Part shown: piece by piece, positions 18,542 to 28,304 of the stretch
Layout of the letters: the number at the start of each line of letters is the position of its first letter
How positions within the stretch are numbered: the stretch's first letter is position 1
Assembly: GCA_964642855.1 (NCBI GenBank)
Contig: CAZXSK010000011.1
Location: 10,042 to 74,041 of the forward strand
Direction: 5' to 3'
DNA length: 64,000 nt
Source of the DNA: an uncultured Planctomycetaceae bacterium
Lineage (GTDB): Bacteria; Planctomycetota; Phycisphaerae; SM23-33
The notes under the pieces: generated by a model
Databases searched by the model: none
Told to the model about the DNA's origin: nothing
What the model saw: only the letters and a program-made list of their open reading frames with translations
Translations under genes and position numbers: made by a program

Positions 18542-19798
18542 GTGAGACGAGACGTTCACACCGAGACACTGTCCAACGGACTGACGTTGCTGGCCTTGCC
18601 GATGGAAGGAGTGTCTTCAGCCGCGATGGCGATTGCCGTCTGCGCGGGGGCTTCCCACGATCCGCCGGGTCAGGAAGGGTCAGGCTCGGTACTCAGTGAA
18701 TGGCTGATGCGCGGTGCGGGAACGCGCGACAGCAGGGAACTCCAAGAGGCCTTGGACTCTCTCGGCGCCCAGCATCACGAAAGCGTCCGAAGCGAGCACC
18801 TTCTGTTCACCAGTGTGCAGCTCGGCAGGCACCTGGAGAAGGTTCTGAAGGTCTACGCAGATATTCTCCGCAGGCCCCGCCTTGACGAAGAGGCATTCGA
18901 GCCCTGCCGTACGCTGACACTTCAGGATGTGGCCGCACTGGAAGATGAACCTGATCGCAAGTGCATGACCATGCTCCGGGAGCGATTCTATCCCTCACCG
19001 TTGGGTCGGTGCGCGTATGGCAACGCCCAGTCCCTTGCGGGCCTCAATGCCGAACAGTTGCGGACTCACGCCGAGCGATGCCTCCAGCCCGGAATGGCTG
19101 TCCTGGCCGTGGCCGGGAATGTGGAGTTCAGCCGCTTGCGCGATGCAGCCGGAGAGTTACTGGGAGATTGGCCGGAGGGGGATATGTCAGAAGTGCAGAT
19201 CGCGCCGGCCGAGGGCGGGGTGACGCACGTGACTCGGGACACCGCCCAGACGCATCTGGCGATGGCATACCCCACCGTGCCCGTCAGCCATGAGCAGTAC
19301 TACGCGGCCCGGCTGGCTGAGACGGTTCTCTCCGGCGGCATGAGCGGAAGGTTGTTCACAGAAGTAAGAGAGAAGCGTGGACTGGCGTATCATGTTTCAG
19401 CCCAGTATCACAGCCTGAAGGACCACGCCGGAGTGTTCACCTACGCCGGAACCAGGCCCGAGGCAGCCCAGGAGACATTTGAGGTCATCGTGGGAGAGCT
19501 TCGCCGGGTCGCTGACGAACTGGCGGACGAAGAGGTAGAGAGGGCGAAGGTACAATCCAAAAGCGCGCTGGTCATGCAGGGCGAGTCTTCTTCGTCGCGA
19601 GCAGCTTCGATGGTGAGCGATTGGTTCCATCTGAAGCGGATCCGCACGCTCGAGGAAATCTCCGATGCGATCGACAGCCTCACGCGCGATGACGTGGTCG
19701 AACATCTTCGCTCCTGTCCCGCCCGGGGGTTCACCATGCTGACCATCGGACCAGAGCCGATCGATACGTCATGTTTAGGAGAGGGGCAGGTGATATGA
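18542..19798 (+). CDS. M16 family (pitrilysin-like) peptidase, probably non-catalytic partner subunit
   Basis: M16 fold by sequence character, but the HxxEH zinc motif is absent. GTG start with GGAGAGAGA upstream. Its stop overlaps the next gene's ATG. Confidence 0.75.
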   Translation: MRRDVHTETLSNGLTLLALPMEGVSSAAMAIAVCAGASHDPPGQEGSGSVLSEWLMRGAGTRDSRELQEALDSLGAQHHESVRSEHLLFTSVQLGRHLEKVLKVYADILRRPRLDEEAFEPCRTLTLQDVAALEDEPDRKCMTMLRERFYPSPLGRCAYGNAQSLAGLNAEQLRTHAERCLQPGMAVLAVAGNVEFSRLRDAAGELLGDWPEGDMSEVQIAPAEGGVTHVTRDTAQTHLAMAYPTVPVSHEQYYAARLAETVLSGGMSGRLFTEVREKRGLAYHVSAQYHSLKDHAGVFTYAGTRPEAAQETFEVIVGELRRVADELADEEVERAKVQSKSALVMQGESSSSRAASMVSDWFHLKRIRTLEEISDAIDSLTRDDVVEHLRSCPARGFTMLTIGPEPIDTSCLGEGQVI

Positions 19799-21036
19799 AC
19801 TTCACCCGGACTACCTTGGACAATGGCCTGGAGATCCTGGTCGAGAGCAATCACGCCGCTGCCACCATGGCCGCAGGATTCTTCGTGCGCACAGGCAGCC
19901 GGGACGAAACGCCGGACGTTCTCGGCGTGAGCCACTTCCTGGAGCACATGGTCTTCAAGGGCAGCGAACAGCGCTCTGCAGCGGAGGTGAACCTCGAGTT
20001 CGACCGCATTGGCGCCAGCTACAACGCCTATACCTCCGAGGAGAATACAGTTTACTACGGTGCAGTTCTGCCGGAGTTTCAGGACCGGATGATGGACTTG
20101 CTGGCCGACATACTCAGGCCCTCGCTTCGGCAGGAAGACTTCGATATCGAGAAACAGGTGATTCTCGAGGAGATCGCGCTCTACAAAGATCAGCCCCGCT
20201 TTCGGGTGTATGACGAGTTGATGACTCACCATTTCTCGAATCATCCGCTCGGGAACATGATCCTGGGCACGCCCGAGTCGATCACCGCATTGCATCGCGA
20301 CCAGATGCAGGCGTATTTCGATCGTCGGTACTCCCCGGGCAACCTCACGCTGGTAGCTGCGGGCAACGTGGATGTCGATCGTCTGTTGGGTCAGGCCCGC
20401 CGATTGTGTGGCGACTGGACGCCCTGTGAGGCCCCGCGCGCCCTGATGCCGCCTGGTGCGGACCGGATCAGACACGCCATCGCCGACGATAACCTTCAGC
20501 GTCAGCACATCGGCCTGATGTCCGGAGCTCCATCCGCGCAGGACGAGCTTCGCGATGCCGCCCAGGTGCTTGCATGCATTCTGGGCGATTCTTCGGGGAG
20601 CCGACTCCGGCATGCCCTCATCGAACCGGCGATTGCTGATGAGGCCTCCGTAAACTACTCTGCCATGGATCAGGCGGGAACGCTGGTGACGTTTGTGTTC
20701 TGTGATCCCGCCAAGGCCGATCATGCCCTGCAGATCGTCTGTCGCGAGTTCGAGACATTTCTGGAGGAAGGTCCGACCGAGGCGGAACTCCGTGCCGCCC
20801 GCAACAAGATTGCTACTGCGTTCACTGTGCGCGGCGAACTGCCCATGGGCAGACTCTCCTCGCTGGGAGCCGAGTGGACCTACTGCAGGCAGTACGTGAC
20901 GCTGCAGGAAGAGCTCGACCGGTTGCTGGCGGTGTCCGCTGAGGATGTGCTCTCGGTTGCCCGCGAATTCGATTTGCTTTCCTGCTCGCAGCTTACGCTC
21001 GGACCTCGCGACGACGTGGACGGGTTCTACACATGA
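19795..21036 (+). CDS. M16 family zinc peptidase (catalytic subunit)
   Basis: HFLEHMVFKGS is the inverted zinc-binding HxxEH motif of the M16 family. ATG at 19795 follows AGGAGAGGGG and overlaps the upstream stop as ATGA. Confidence 0.85.
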   Translation: MNFTRTTLDNGLEILVESNHAAATMAAGFFVRTGSRDETPDVLGVSHFLEHMVFKGSEQRSAAEVNLEFDRIGASYNAYTSEENTVYYGAVLPEFQDRMMDLLADILRPSLRQEDFDIEKQVILEEIALYKDQPRFRVYDELMTHHFSNHPLGNMILGTPESITALHRDQMQAYFDRRYSPGNLTLVAAGNVDVDRLLGQARRLCGDWTPCEAPRALMPPGADRIRHAIADDNLQRQHIGLMSGAPSAQDELRDAAQVLACILGDSSGSRLRHALIEPAIADEASVNYSAMDQAGTLVTFVFCDPAKADHALQIVCREFETFLEEGPTEAELRAARNKIATAFTVRGELPMGRLSSLGAEWTYCRQYVTLQEELDRLLAVSAEDVLSVAREFDLLSCSQLTLGPRDDVDGFYT

Positions 21037-22352
21037 CGCCCGCATCCGACTCTCGAGCCCCCAACGACCTGGCCGGCCAGCGCGTAAGCGTGATCGGATT
21101 GGGACGCTTCGGCGGCGGGCTTGGGGTTACACGCTGGCTGGTCGAGCAGGGGGCGAAGGTGACGGTCTCCGACCAGGCAAGCGAGGAAGATCTTGCGGCT
21201 TCACTCGACCCACTGCGTGGGTTGGACGTTACCCTCCATCTCGGCGGGCACCGCGAGGAGGACTTCACTCAAGCGGACCTGCTGGTCGTGAACCCCGCCG
21301 TACCGAAGACTGCACCCCTGCTTCAGCAGGCCATCCGCGCCGGCGTGCCACGAACGACCGAGATCAATCTTTTCCTTGAGCGGTGTCCCTGTCCCGTCGT
21401 GGGTATCACCGGAAGCGTGGGCAAGAGCACGACAACGGCGATGACCGGCCTGCTGCTGGGGAAGCTTACGACCACCCACGTCGGCGGCAACATCGGGCGC
21501 AGCCTGCTGGGTGAGTTGGAGAGCATCGACCCCGACCACCTGGCCGTTCTGGAGCTGTCCAGCTTCCAACTTGAAGATCTTCCGTTGGTCGAACTCAGCC
21601 CGCACGTTGGGCTGGTGACCAACCTCCAGCCCAACCACCTCGACCGCCACGGATCGATGGCTGCCTACGCCTCCGCCAAGAAGAACATCTTCCGATATCA
21701 ATCGGCTGAAGATGTACTGGTTCTGCCGACTCAGCTCCGCGACTGGTCGGCCGAGGCAAAGGGCAGGGTGTTGATCCTGGATCCAGACGAGGACGGTTTC
21801 ACATTGTCCGTGCCCGGCGATCACAATCAGCGCAACGCCCACGCTGCCTGGGCGATAGCCCGGGAGCTGGGACTATCCCGCGAGCAGGCCGAAGCGGCAC
21901 TTCGTGAGTTCACCGGTCTTCCGCACCGCCTGGAGCTTGTAGCCGACAAGGCTGGCGTGCGATACTACAACGACTCCAAGTGCACCACGCCCGGCGGGGC
22001 CATCGTGGCGATCCAGGCCTTCCCAGCCCGCAGGTCGATCGTGATACTCGGCGGGTACGACAAGGGCGTTTCATTCGACGAGCTGGGGGAGGTCGCGGCG
22101 GGGGCAGCCAAGGCTGTCATCGTCCTGGGTGACACGCGGGAACAGATCGCCCAGGCGGTCGAAAGTCACAGGCAAGGCGAGCTGCCGCAGATCCATGGGG
22201 CTGACACCCTTGCTCAGGCGGTGACCGCCGCATCGAGAGCTGCGGCCCCTGGAGATGTCGTGCTCCTGTCCCCCGCTTGTGCCAGCTACGACATGTTCAC
22301 CAACTACGAGCAGCGAGGGGAGCAATTCGTGCAGATCGTTCGCGATCTCTAG
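21033..22352 (+). CDS. murD: UDP-N-acetylmuramoylalanine--D-glutamate ligase MurD
   Basis: N-terminal Rossmann VSVIGLGRFGG and the Mur ligase P-loop GITGSVGKSTTT. 439 aa. ATG overlaps the preceding stop as ATGA. Confidence 0.9.
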   Translation: MTPASDSRAPNDLAGQRVSVIGLGRFGGGLGVTRWLVEQGAKVTVSDQASEEDLAASLDPLRGLDVTLHLGGHREEDFTQADLLVVNPAVPKTAPLLQQAIRAGVPRTTEINLFLERCPCPVVGITGSVGKSTTTAMTGLLLGKLTTTHVGGNIGRSLLGELESIDPDHLAVLELSSFQLEDLPLVELSPHVGLVTNLQPNHLDRHGSMAAYASAKKNIFRYQSAEDVLVLPTQLRDWSAEAKGRVLILDPDEDGFTLSVPGDHNQRNAHAAWAIARELGLSREQAEAALREFTGLPHRLELVADKAGVRYYNDSKCTTPGGAIVAIQAFPARRSIVILGGYDKGVSFDELGEVAAGAAKAVIVLGDTREQIAQAVESHRQGELPQIHGADTLAQAVTAASRAAAPGDVVLLSPACASYDMFTNYEQRGEQFVQIVRDL

Positions 22353-22364
22353 CCGCAGGCGGCG

Positions 22365-23798
22365 TCAGACCTTCAAGTCCTCCTGGCTGCCGATGCGGTC
22401 AGCGTACTTCTCCCGCAGAGGCATGACGATCTGCTGGAGAAAGTCATCCACCTGCTGTGACGCCCGCCCGACAAATTCGCTCGGGTCCAGCAGCGCATCG
22501 ATGTTTATCCCGGCGAACGCGTCGTCCGCTTTGAGACGCTCGATCAGATCGTTCGCCTGGCCGCGCGTCTTGACGTTCTCCGCAGCGGCCTGGGAATGCA
22601 CGCGAATCTTCTCGTGCAGTTCCTGCCGATCGCCGCCCATCCGTACTGCCTCCATCAGGATGTTCTCGGTCGCCATGAACGGAAGCTCCGCGCGCAGACT
22701 GGCCTCGATGACCGCCGGGTAGACAACAAGCCCGCCCGCAACATTCCCCGCAATCATCAATACAGCGTCAGCCGCCAGGAACGCCTCGCCCATCGCCAGC
22801 CTCTTGTTGGCCGAGTCGTCCAGCGTTCGCTCGAACCACTGCTCGGCTGCTGTGTGCACCGGGCTCTGGGCGAGGTCGATCAGGAACCGCGACAGGGCGG
22901 TCATTCGCTCGCAACGCATGGGATTGCGCTTGTAGGCCATCGCGCTGCTGCCGATTTGCGACTTGCCGAACGGCTCCTCCATCTCCTTGCGGTGGGCCAG
23001 CAGACGAATGTCGTTGGCGAACTTGTGGGCGCTGGCAGCGATCCCCGCCAAGGTCTGCGCGATTGCTGCGTCGACCTTGCGGCTGTACGTCTGGCCGGTG
23101 ACTGGAATGATCTTCTCGAACCCCATGCGGTCGGCAATCATGCGTTCGAGCTTGCGCACCTTCTCGTGATCGCCGTCGAACAATGCGAGGAAACTCGCCT
23201 GCGTTCCCGTCGTGCCCTTGACGCTTCGCAACTCCAGGCTTCCCAGTCGGTACTCCACGTCGCGAAGGTCCTGTACGAAGTCGTAACACCACAGCGTCGC
23301 CCGCTTGCCGACCGTCGTAGGCTGGGCTGGCTGAAAGTGCGTATACCCCAGGCAGGGCAGGTCACGGTACTCCTGGGCGAAGCTGCCCAGCCGGTCGATG
23401 ACATTCGCCAGCCGCGTGGCGATCAGTTTTAAGCCGTCACGCATCAGCAGCAGGTCGGTATTGCAGCCGACGAACTGGCTGGTCGCGCCGAGGTGGATAA
23501 TCGGCCTGGCCAGAGGGGCGGCGTCCCCGAGGGCATGCACATGGGCCATTACGTCGTGACGGAACTGCTTCTCGTACTCAGCCGCCTTGGCGAAGTCGAT
23601 GTCCTCGAGATGCTCGCGGAGCTGGGCGATCTGCTCGTCGGAAATGTCCAGCCCGAGGGCCTGCTGACACTCGGCCAGGGTCAGCCAGAGCTTTCGCCAC
23701 GTCGAGAACTTGCGCTGCGGGCTGAAGATCCGTTTCATGTCCTCACTGGCGTATCGACCCTCCAGCGGACAGATAAAGCTTTCGTATCGGTCGTTCAT
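22365..23798 (-). CDS. purB: adenylosuccinate lyase PurB
   Basis: The fumarate-lyase signature [11 protein letters not shown] is present, and the protein has PurB length and character. Start placed at the internal ATG (MNDRYESF...) rather than the longer ORF-track start. Confidence 0.9.
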   Translation of the reverse strand: MNDRYESFICPLEGRYASEDMKRIFSPQRKFSTWRKLWLTLAECQQALGLDISDEQIAQLREHLEDIDFAKAAEYEKQFRHDVMAHVHALGDAAPLARPIIHLGATSQFVGCNTDLLLMRDGLKLIATRLANVIDRLGSFAQEYRDLPCLGYTHFQPAQPTTVGKRATLWCYDFVQDLRDVEYRLGSLELRSVKGTTGTQASFLALFDGDHEKVRKLERMIADRMGFEKIIPVTGQTYSRKVDAAIAQTLAGIAASAHKFANDIRLLAHRKEMEEPFGKSQIGSSAMAYKRNPMRCERMTALSRFLIDLAQSPVHTAAEQWFERTLDDSANKRLAMGEAFLAADAVLMIAGNVAGGLVVYPAVIEASLRAELPFMATENILMEAVRMGGDRQELHEKIRVHSQAAAENVKTRGQANDLIERLKADDAFAGINIDALLDPSEFVGRASQQVDDFLQQIVMPLREKYADRIGSQEDLKV

Positions 23799-23860
23799 GG
23801 CGCGGCAAGTGTACCACACCGGGAGTGCCTCGTCAGCGCAGAGACGAGGTGTTCGGCCGG

Positions 23861-23895
23861 AAAACAGAACGGGCCCGCGCAACGTGCGCGAGCCC
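23861..23895 (-). terminator. rho-independent terminator-like hairpin after the DUF4870 gene (minus strand)
   Basis: On the minus strand, GGGCTCGCGC-ACGTT-GCGCGGGCCC is a 10-bp stem with 1 mismatch, followed by GTTCTGTTTT. Confidence 0.4.
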
Positions 23896-23917
23896 GCGAT
23901 CGGTCGTAATCAGAAGT

Positions 23918-24367
23918 TCACTTGATGAAGCGGATATTTACCGGGTAGCGATACCTCACGCCCTGGTTGGCCTTGAGCGTCCCCATGATGCAGAAGATGA
24001 GGTTGGCGATTGCCACAGCAGGAACCAGGACTACCCCGATGCAAATGAAGGTGGTCAGGAACGCAACGATCATCGCAAGGATGACCGTAATCTGGAAATT
24101 CAGAGCTTCCTTGCCTTGGTCATCCACGAACTCGCTGCTTTCCTTCTTGATGAGCCAGATGATCAACGGCCCGAGGAAACCGATGAAGATCGCCAAAAGG
24201 TGGGCGAGCATCCCCATCGTTCGGGCGTCCTTGTCCTGCTCCACGGGGGCAGGTTCGGGTTGGGCACCAACGACTGCCTCTGCCGAGGCGGCGGGCTCCT
24301 GCGGTTCCGGCTGGCCCTGGGGCTGGTCTTGGGGGGCTCCTGAGTCGTCGTTCTGTTGTTCAGTCAT
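23918..24367 (-). CDS. DUF4870 family small membrane protein
   Basis: Acidic/Pro-rich N-terminus, then KDARTMGMLAHLLAIFIGFLGPLIIWLIKKESSEFVDDQGKEALNF and two more TM helices. This is the typical DUF4870 pattern. Confidence 0.7.
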   Translation of the reverse strand: MTEQQNDDSGAPQDQPQGQPEPQEPAASAEAVVGAQPEPAPVEQDKDARTMGMLAHLLAIFIGFLGPLIIWLIKKESSEFVDDQGKEALNFQITVILAMIVAFLTTFICIGVVLVPAVAIANLIFCIMGTLKANQGVRYRYPVNIRFIK

Positions 24368-24750
24368 CGTCCTTGGCCTTTCTGGAAAGTTGTCGACTCA
24401 TCCCGGCCGGCTCTCGTCTTCCTTGTGAGAGTGCTCCGGCCATCTCTTGTGAGGTGCCTGGTCGGCGAGAAGGGAGTAAGTCCCTTCCACACCTTTCTAT
24501 AGACTACGCAACTGTCCTATCGGAGAAAAGCAGGATTTCGCGCAGCTTCTTTCATTCCCAGAAGCTAGAGGTCGTTGCGGAACACATCGCGCGCGCCGGC
24601 GCGCACCAGCCCGACCGGCCTGTCGATTTTCTGAGATATTTTATAACGCTTGAATCCAGATAACGTTGCGATGGTCCCCCGCGGTTTTTCGGAACATTCT
24701 GCGCGCGCAGAAAGCGGCGCGACGGGAGAGGGTGAGGAGAGTGAAAAACC
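24368..24750. promoter_or_regulatory. divergent intergenic control region (DUF4870 gene to the left, phage-like cluster to the right) with two perfect GC palindromes
   Basis: 383-nt non-coding region with an AT-richer segment (gagatattttataacgcttgaatccagataacg). It contains the perfect palindromes GCGCGCCGGCGCGC (24591-24604) and TTCTGCGCGCGCAGAA (24697-24712, 38 nt upstream of the first cluster ATG), and GAGGAGAG as Shine-Dalgarno sequence. Confidence 0.35.
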
Positions 24751-26313
24751 ATGGGATTCGATCTGACACACTTTGATGATTCGCAACTCCAGGTGGACTA
24801 CCTGGAGCATCTGGTGGACCGAAACGCCGCCGAGCGGGCCACAGCCATGAACAGGCTGTGGCAGTACTATCGCAACCCCCAACTGCCCGCCCCGGCGGCA
24901 CAGACGGACCCAGCCGGTACCGCGCGGCCTTACCGTCAGGCGCAGGAAGCAGGTCTTCCCCCTCGCATTACCGGCGACCGCGACGGCCTGTACGGCGGAC
25001 ACTGCCGCAAGGAAGTCGTCATCGAGAACGACATCGCCTGGCGGGTTCACACCATGGTCGACTACCTGTTCGGTACACCCCCGACCATCCGTTCGCTGGC
25101 CTGCAAAGGAACCCGGGCGTTGCAGATCGAGCAACTGATCTCCGGCGCACTGGAAGCCTCCGGCGGCGCCCGGTTGCTGCACGAACTGGCCGTCTTCGGG
25201 GCGGTGTATGGGTTCGTTGACATTGCACTCCGAACACCGGCCGGGGGGCCGGAGGACAGCGCCTCCACCCCGTCCCCCGCCTCCGGCCCGACCTCGGTGT
25301 CGAACCCCCGGCCGGTCCTTCCTTCCTCTGTCGATCCTGGAAAACGGTCGGACGAGGTCTTCCGCCGTGCAATGGCAGCCGTTCGCGCCCTGCAACTGGA
25401 GGCCGTCGAAGCTCCGCGCGTGGTGCCCGTACTCGAAGAGAACGACTATCGCCGGGTTCGCTACTGGATCCAGCGATACGTCAAACCCACCACCCGCATG
25501 AAGCGACGAACGCCCCGCTGGTTCCGTCTGCCGTGGACGCAGGCCGGGGGGGGAACACCCCAGGAGGTCGAGGTCGTCGAAATCCTCGGAGCCGGCTGGT
25601 GGCAGAGGTACGAGAACCGCCTGCTGGTCGAAGAAGGCCCAAACCCCCTCGGGTGCATCCCCGTGGTGCACATCCAGAATCTCTCACAGCCTTGCAGTTA
25701 CGCCGGCACGAGCGATGTCGAGCCCCTGATCCCCCTGCAAGACGAACTCAACACCCGCCTCTCCGACCGTGCCAGTCGGGTGACGTACCAGTCGTTCAAG
25801 ATGTACCTTGGCAAGGGGATCGACGACTTCCTCGAACGCCCCGTCGGGCCGGGGCAGATGTGGTCGACTTCCAATCCCGAGGCAACCATCGAGGAGTTTG
25901 GCTCCGACCAGGGCTCGCCCAGCGAGGACAGTCACATAGCCCAGGTGCGCGAAGCCTTGGACAAGGTCTCCGGGGTCACGCCTCTCGCGGCAGGACTGAT
26001 CCGCGGAAACGTCGGAAACCTCAGCAGCGCCACGGCCCTGCGTGTGCTGCTCAGCGGTCTGCTTTCCCGGACGGTGCGCAAGCGCGAAACCTTCGGCCAA
26101 GGCCTGGCAGAAATCGCGTCGCTGGTCCTGCACTGGCTGGATGTCTCAGGCATCTATCACACACGTCCCGACGAACGGCGCGTGGAGATCCACTGGCCCA
26201 GTCCGGTACCGGCCGACGAGGGGGAACAACTCCGTAACGCCCGGATCAAGGCCCAACTGGGCGTGCCCACCGAACGCATTCTTGCGGAGCTAGGGTACGG
26301 GGACATGTCCTGA
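24751..26313 (+). CDS. phage portal-like protein (first gene of phage-like structural module)
   Basis: 520 aa, acidic. It sits immediately upstream of the scaffold-like and capsid-like genes, which is the canonical portal position. There is no Walker A, so it is not a terminase. The assignment rests on position and size rather than a motif. Confidence 0.45.
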   Translation: MGFDLTHFDDSQLQVDYLEHLVDRNAAERATAMNRLWQYYRNPQLPAPAAQTDPAGTARPYRQAQEAGLPPRITGDRDGLYGGHCRKEVVIENDIAWRVHTMVDYLFGTPPTIRSLACKGTRALQIEQLISGALEASGGARLLHELAVFGAVYGFVDIALRTPAGGPEDSASTPSPASGPTSVSNPRPVLPSSVDPGKRSDEVFRRAMAAVRALQLEAVEAPRVVPVLEENDYRRVRYWIQRYVKPTTRMKRRTPRWFRLPWTQAGGGTPQEVEVVEILGAGWWQRYENRLLVEEGPNPLGCIPVVHIQNLSQPCSYAGTSDVEPLIPLQDELNTRLSDRASRVTYQSFKMYLGKGIDDFLERPVGPGQMWSTSNPEATIEEFGSDQGSPSEDSHIAQVREALDKVSGVTPLAAGLIRGNVGNLSSATALRVLLSGLLSRTVRKRETFGQGLAEIASLVLHWLDVSGIYHTRPDERRVEIHWPSPVPADEGEQLRNARIKAQLGVPTERILAELGYGDMS

Positions 26314-26366
26314 CCCGCTTCGCGCAAGAAGACCACCCAGACAGAAGTCACAGAAAGGAAACCACC

Positions 26367-26951
26367 ATGTCGGATGAACTGCGCACAGACTGCGAGCAGA
26401 AGGCGCCGGAGGCTTCCGAGCCCCAGGCCAGTCAGGACAAACTCGTGCCCGTCAGCGAGTCGATCAAGTACCGCCGCCGGGCCCAGCAAGCGGAAGGGGC
26501 CGCCGCAAAGCTCCAGCAGGAACTCGAAGATCTCCGCGGAGAACTGCAACAACGAGACGAGCAACTCGCACAGGCCGACGCCATGCGAGACGAAGCGTCC
26601 GGTCGCCTGCAGGCCTTGGAGAACGAGCGTCAGGCGGAACGGCTTCTTCTTGCGTCGGGCGCTACCGATACCGAGACGGCGCTGGTGCTACTCGGTCGGC
26701 GGCTGGACCTGAGTGGTGAGTTCGAGCCGGACGAGCTTCATCGGGCCGTTGAGCAACTGCTGGTCGACAAGCCCAGCCTCTGCGGCCGTGCTGTCGGCGC
26801 TCTGCCGTCGGCGACGGCGTCTGCTTCCGCCCAGGCAGGCGGTCCTGCCATGCAGCTCACCCAGGCAGCCCAGCGTGCCTCGAAGACGGGCGACCGACGC
26901 GATGTAGCTGAGTACCTCCGTCTGCGGCGGAGGGCATCGGCCTCGACCTGA
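26367..26951 (+). CDS. phage scaffolding-like protein (coiled-coil, Q/E/R/A-rich)
   Basis: 194 aa. Heptad-like stretch LQQELEDLRGELQQRDEQLAQADAMRDEASGRLQALENERQAERLLL. Located between the portal-like and capsid-like genes. Confidence 0.4.
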   Translation: MSDELRTDCEQKAPEASEPQASQDKLVPVSESIKYRRRAQQAEGAAAKLQQELEDLRGELQQRDEQLAQADAMRDEASGRLQALENERQAERLLLASGATDTETALVLLGRRLDLSGEFEPDELHRAVEQLLVDKPSLCGRAVGALPSATASASAQAGGPAMQLTQAAQRASKTGDRRDVAEYLRLRRRASAST

Positions 26952-27071
26952 CCCAGCAGGGCACGTCCTGAGCATTGCGCGGTGCGATGACTCAGCCCCC
27001 GGCAGCAGCCGGACGGAGGAACACAATACCACCCCGCGGGAACAAAAGCCCGCCAGAGACAGGAGAACACC

Positions 27072-28232
27072 ATGGCCTTTACGGGCAAAGCAACCTATGA
27101 CGCCGGCAGCGCCCTGCCGGAAATCGCAGAAGACGTGGCCGACCTCGTGAGCATCGTCTCACCGTACGAGACCCCGCTGCTGGATCACTTCGGTGACCCG
27201 ACCCGCCCGGCTACGAGCACCTACCACGAATGGATCGAAGACCAACTGCTGCCCAACAGCGACACCATCGACCAGACGTCGTGGTCCGATGCATCGGCCG
27301 ACGCCACGTTCGGCGTGGACCACGTGTCCTACTTCCGCGTGGGCGACCAGGTCCGGCCCAACGGCAGCAGCGAACTGCTGCTCGTGACGGCCGTCGATAC
27401 CGCCACTGACCAGGTCACCGTGGTGCGTGGCTACGGCGGTACCACGCCCGAGGATCTCACCGACGGCCAGACGCTGCACATTCTGGGCAATGCTGCCCTG
27501 GAAGGCGACGACGCTCCCGAGGCGCGGTTCTCTACCCGCGTGCGGAAGGGCAACTGGACGCAGATTTTCACCGCCGGCGTTCGCGTCAGTGGGTCCGACC
27601 TGGCCGTCAAGAAGCTTTCGGTGTCCGACGAGCTGGACTACCAGAAGCAGGAACGCCTGCGGGAACTGCTTCGCGATCTGGAGAGCACCGTCATCAACGG
27701 CGCCGCACCGGAGAGCACGCCGCAAGGCTCATCGACCGTTCGTCGCACGATGCGCGGGATCATTCCCTCCATCAACACCAACGTGTTCCAGCCCGGCGTC
27801 GACAGCGTGCCCGGAGGCGGGGACCTGTCCGAATCGCAGCTGAACTACTGCCTGCGACGCATCTGGGAGCAGTCGTCCAGCCGCATCGACACGATTGTTG
27901 TCAACGGCTACCAGAAGCGACGGATCAACAGCTTCGTGCTTTCCTCCCGCAGCTTCGGGTCCGAGGACGAGCGGTTCGTGGACCTGGTGAACATCTACGA
28001 GAGTGACTTCGGCGTCTGCCGGGTGATTCTCTGCCGATCGATGCCCGCAGACAGCGTCCTGCTGCTCGACAGCTCGCGTGTCAGCGTGCTGCCCCTGGCC
28101 GGGCGAAGCATGCAGTACAAGTCGCTGGCGTCGACCGGTGACTACGAATCCGGCGAAGTCCTCGGCGAGTACACCCTCGAGCTTCGCAACGAGAACGCCC
28201 ACGGCCTGATCACCGGCCTGGACATCAACTGA
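27072..28232 (+). CDS. phage major capsid protein-like (HK97-fold-like, inferred)
   Basis: 386 aa, AGGAGAA Shine-Dalgarno sequence. Size, position after portal and scaffold, and composition are typical of major capsid proteins. No maturation protease gene is present, which fits a scaffold-dependent capsid. Confidence 0.5.
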   Translation: MAFTGKATYDAGSALPEIAEDVADLVSIVSPYETPLLDHFGDPTRPATSTYHEWIEDQLLPNSDTIDQTSWSDASADATFGVDHVSYFRVGDQVRPNGSSELLLVTAVDTATDQVTVVRGYGGTTPEDLTDGQTLHILGNAALEGDDAPEARFSTRVRKGNWTQIFTAGVRVSGSDLAVKKLSVSDELDYQKQERLRELLRDLESTVINGAAPESTPQGSSTVRRTMRGIIPSINTNVFQPGVDSVPGGGDLSESQLNYCLRRIWEQSSSRIDTIVVNGYQKRRINSFVLSSRSFGSEDERFVDLVNIYESDFGVCRVILCRSMPADSVLLLDSSRVSVLPLAGRSMQYKSLASTGDYESGEVLGEYTLELRNENAHGLITGLDIN

Positions 28233-28304
28233 GGTCCCTGACCCGACGTGCGCCCCGGAGCGTTTCCGGGGCGCACCGGGCGCTTGCATACGCGGAGTAT
28301 CGAC

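Noticed and set aside
19441-21045. 534-aa minus-strand ORF across the M16 peptidase genes
   Set aside because: Shadow ORF. The + strand proteins carry the HxxEH M16 signature and coupled starts.
24751-26313. Considered the 520-aa first gene of the phage-like module as a terminase large subunit
   Set aside because: No Walker A/B ATPase motif or nuclease-like C-terminus is visible. Its position directly before scaffold and capsid fits portal instead.
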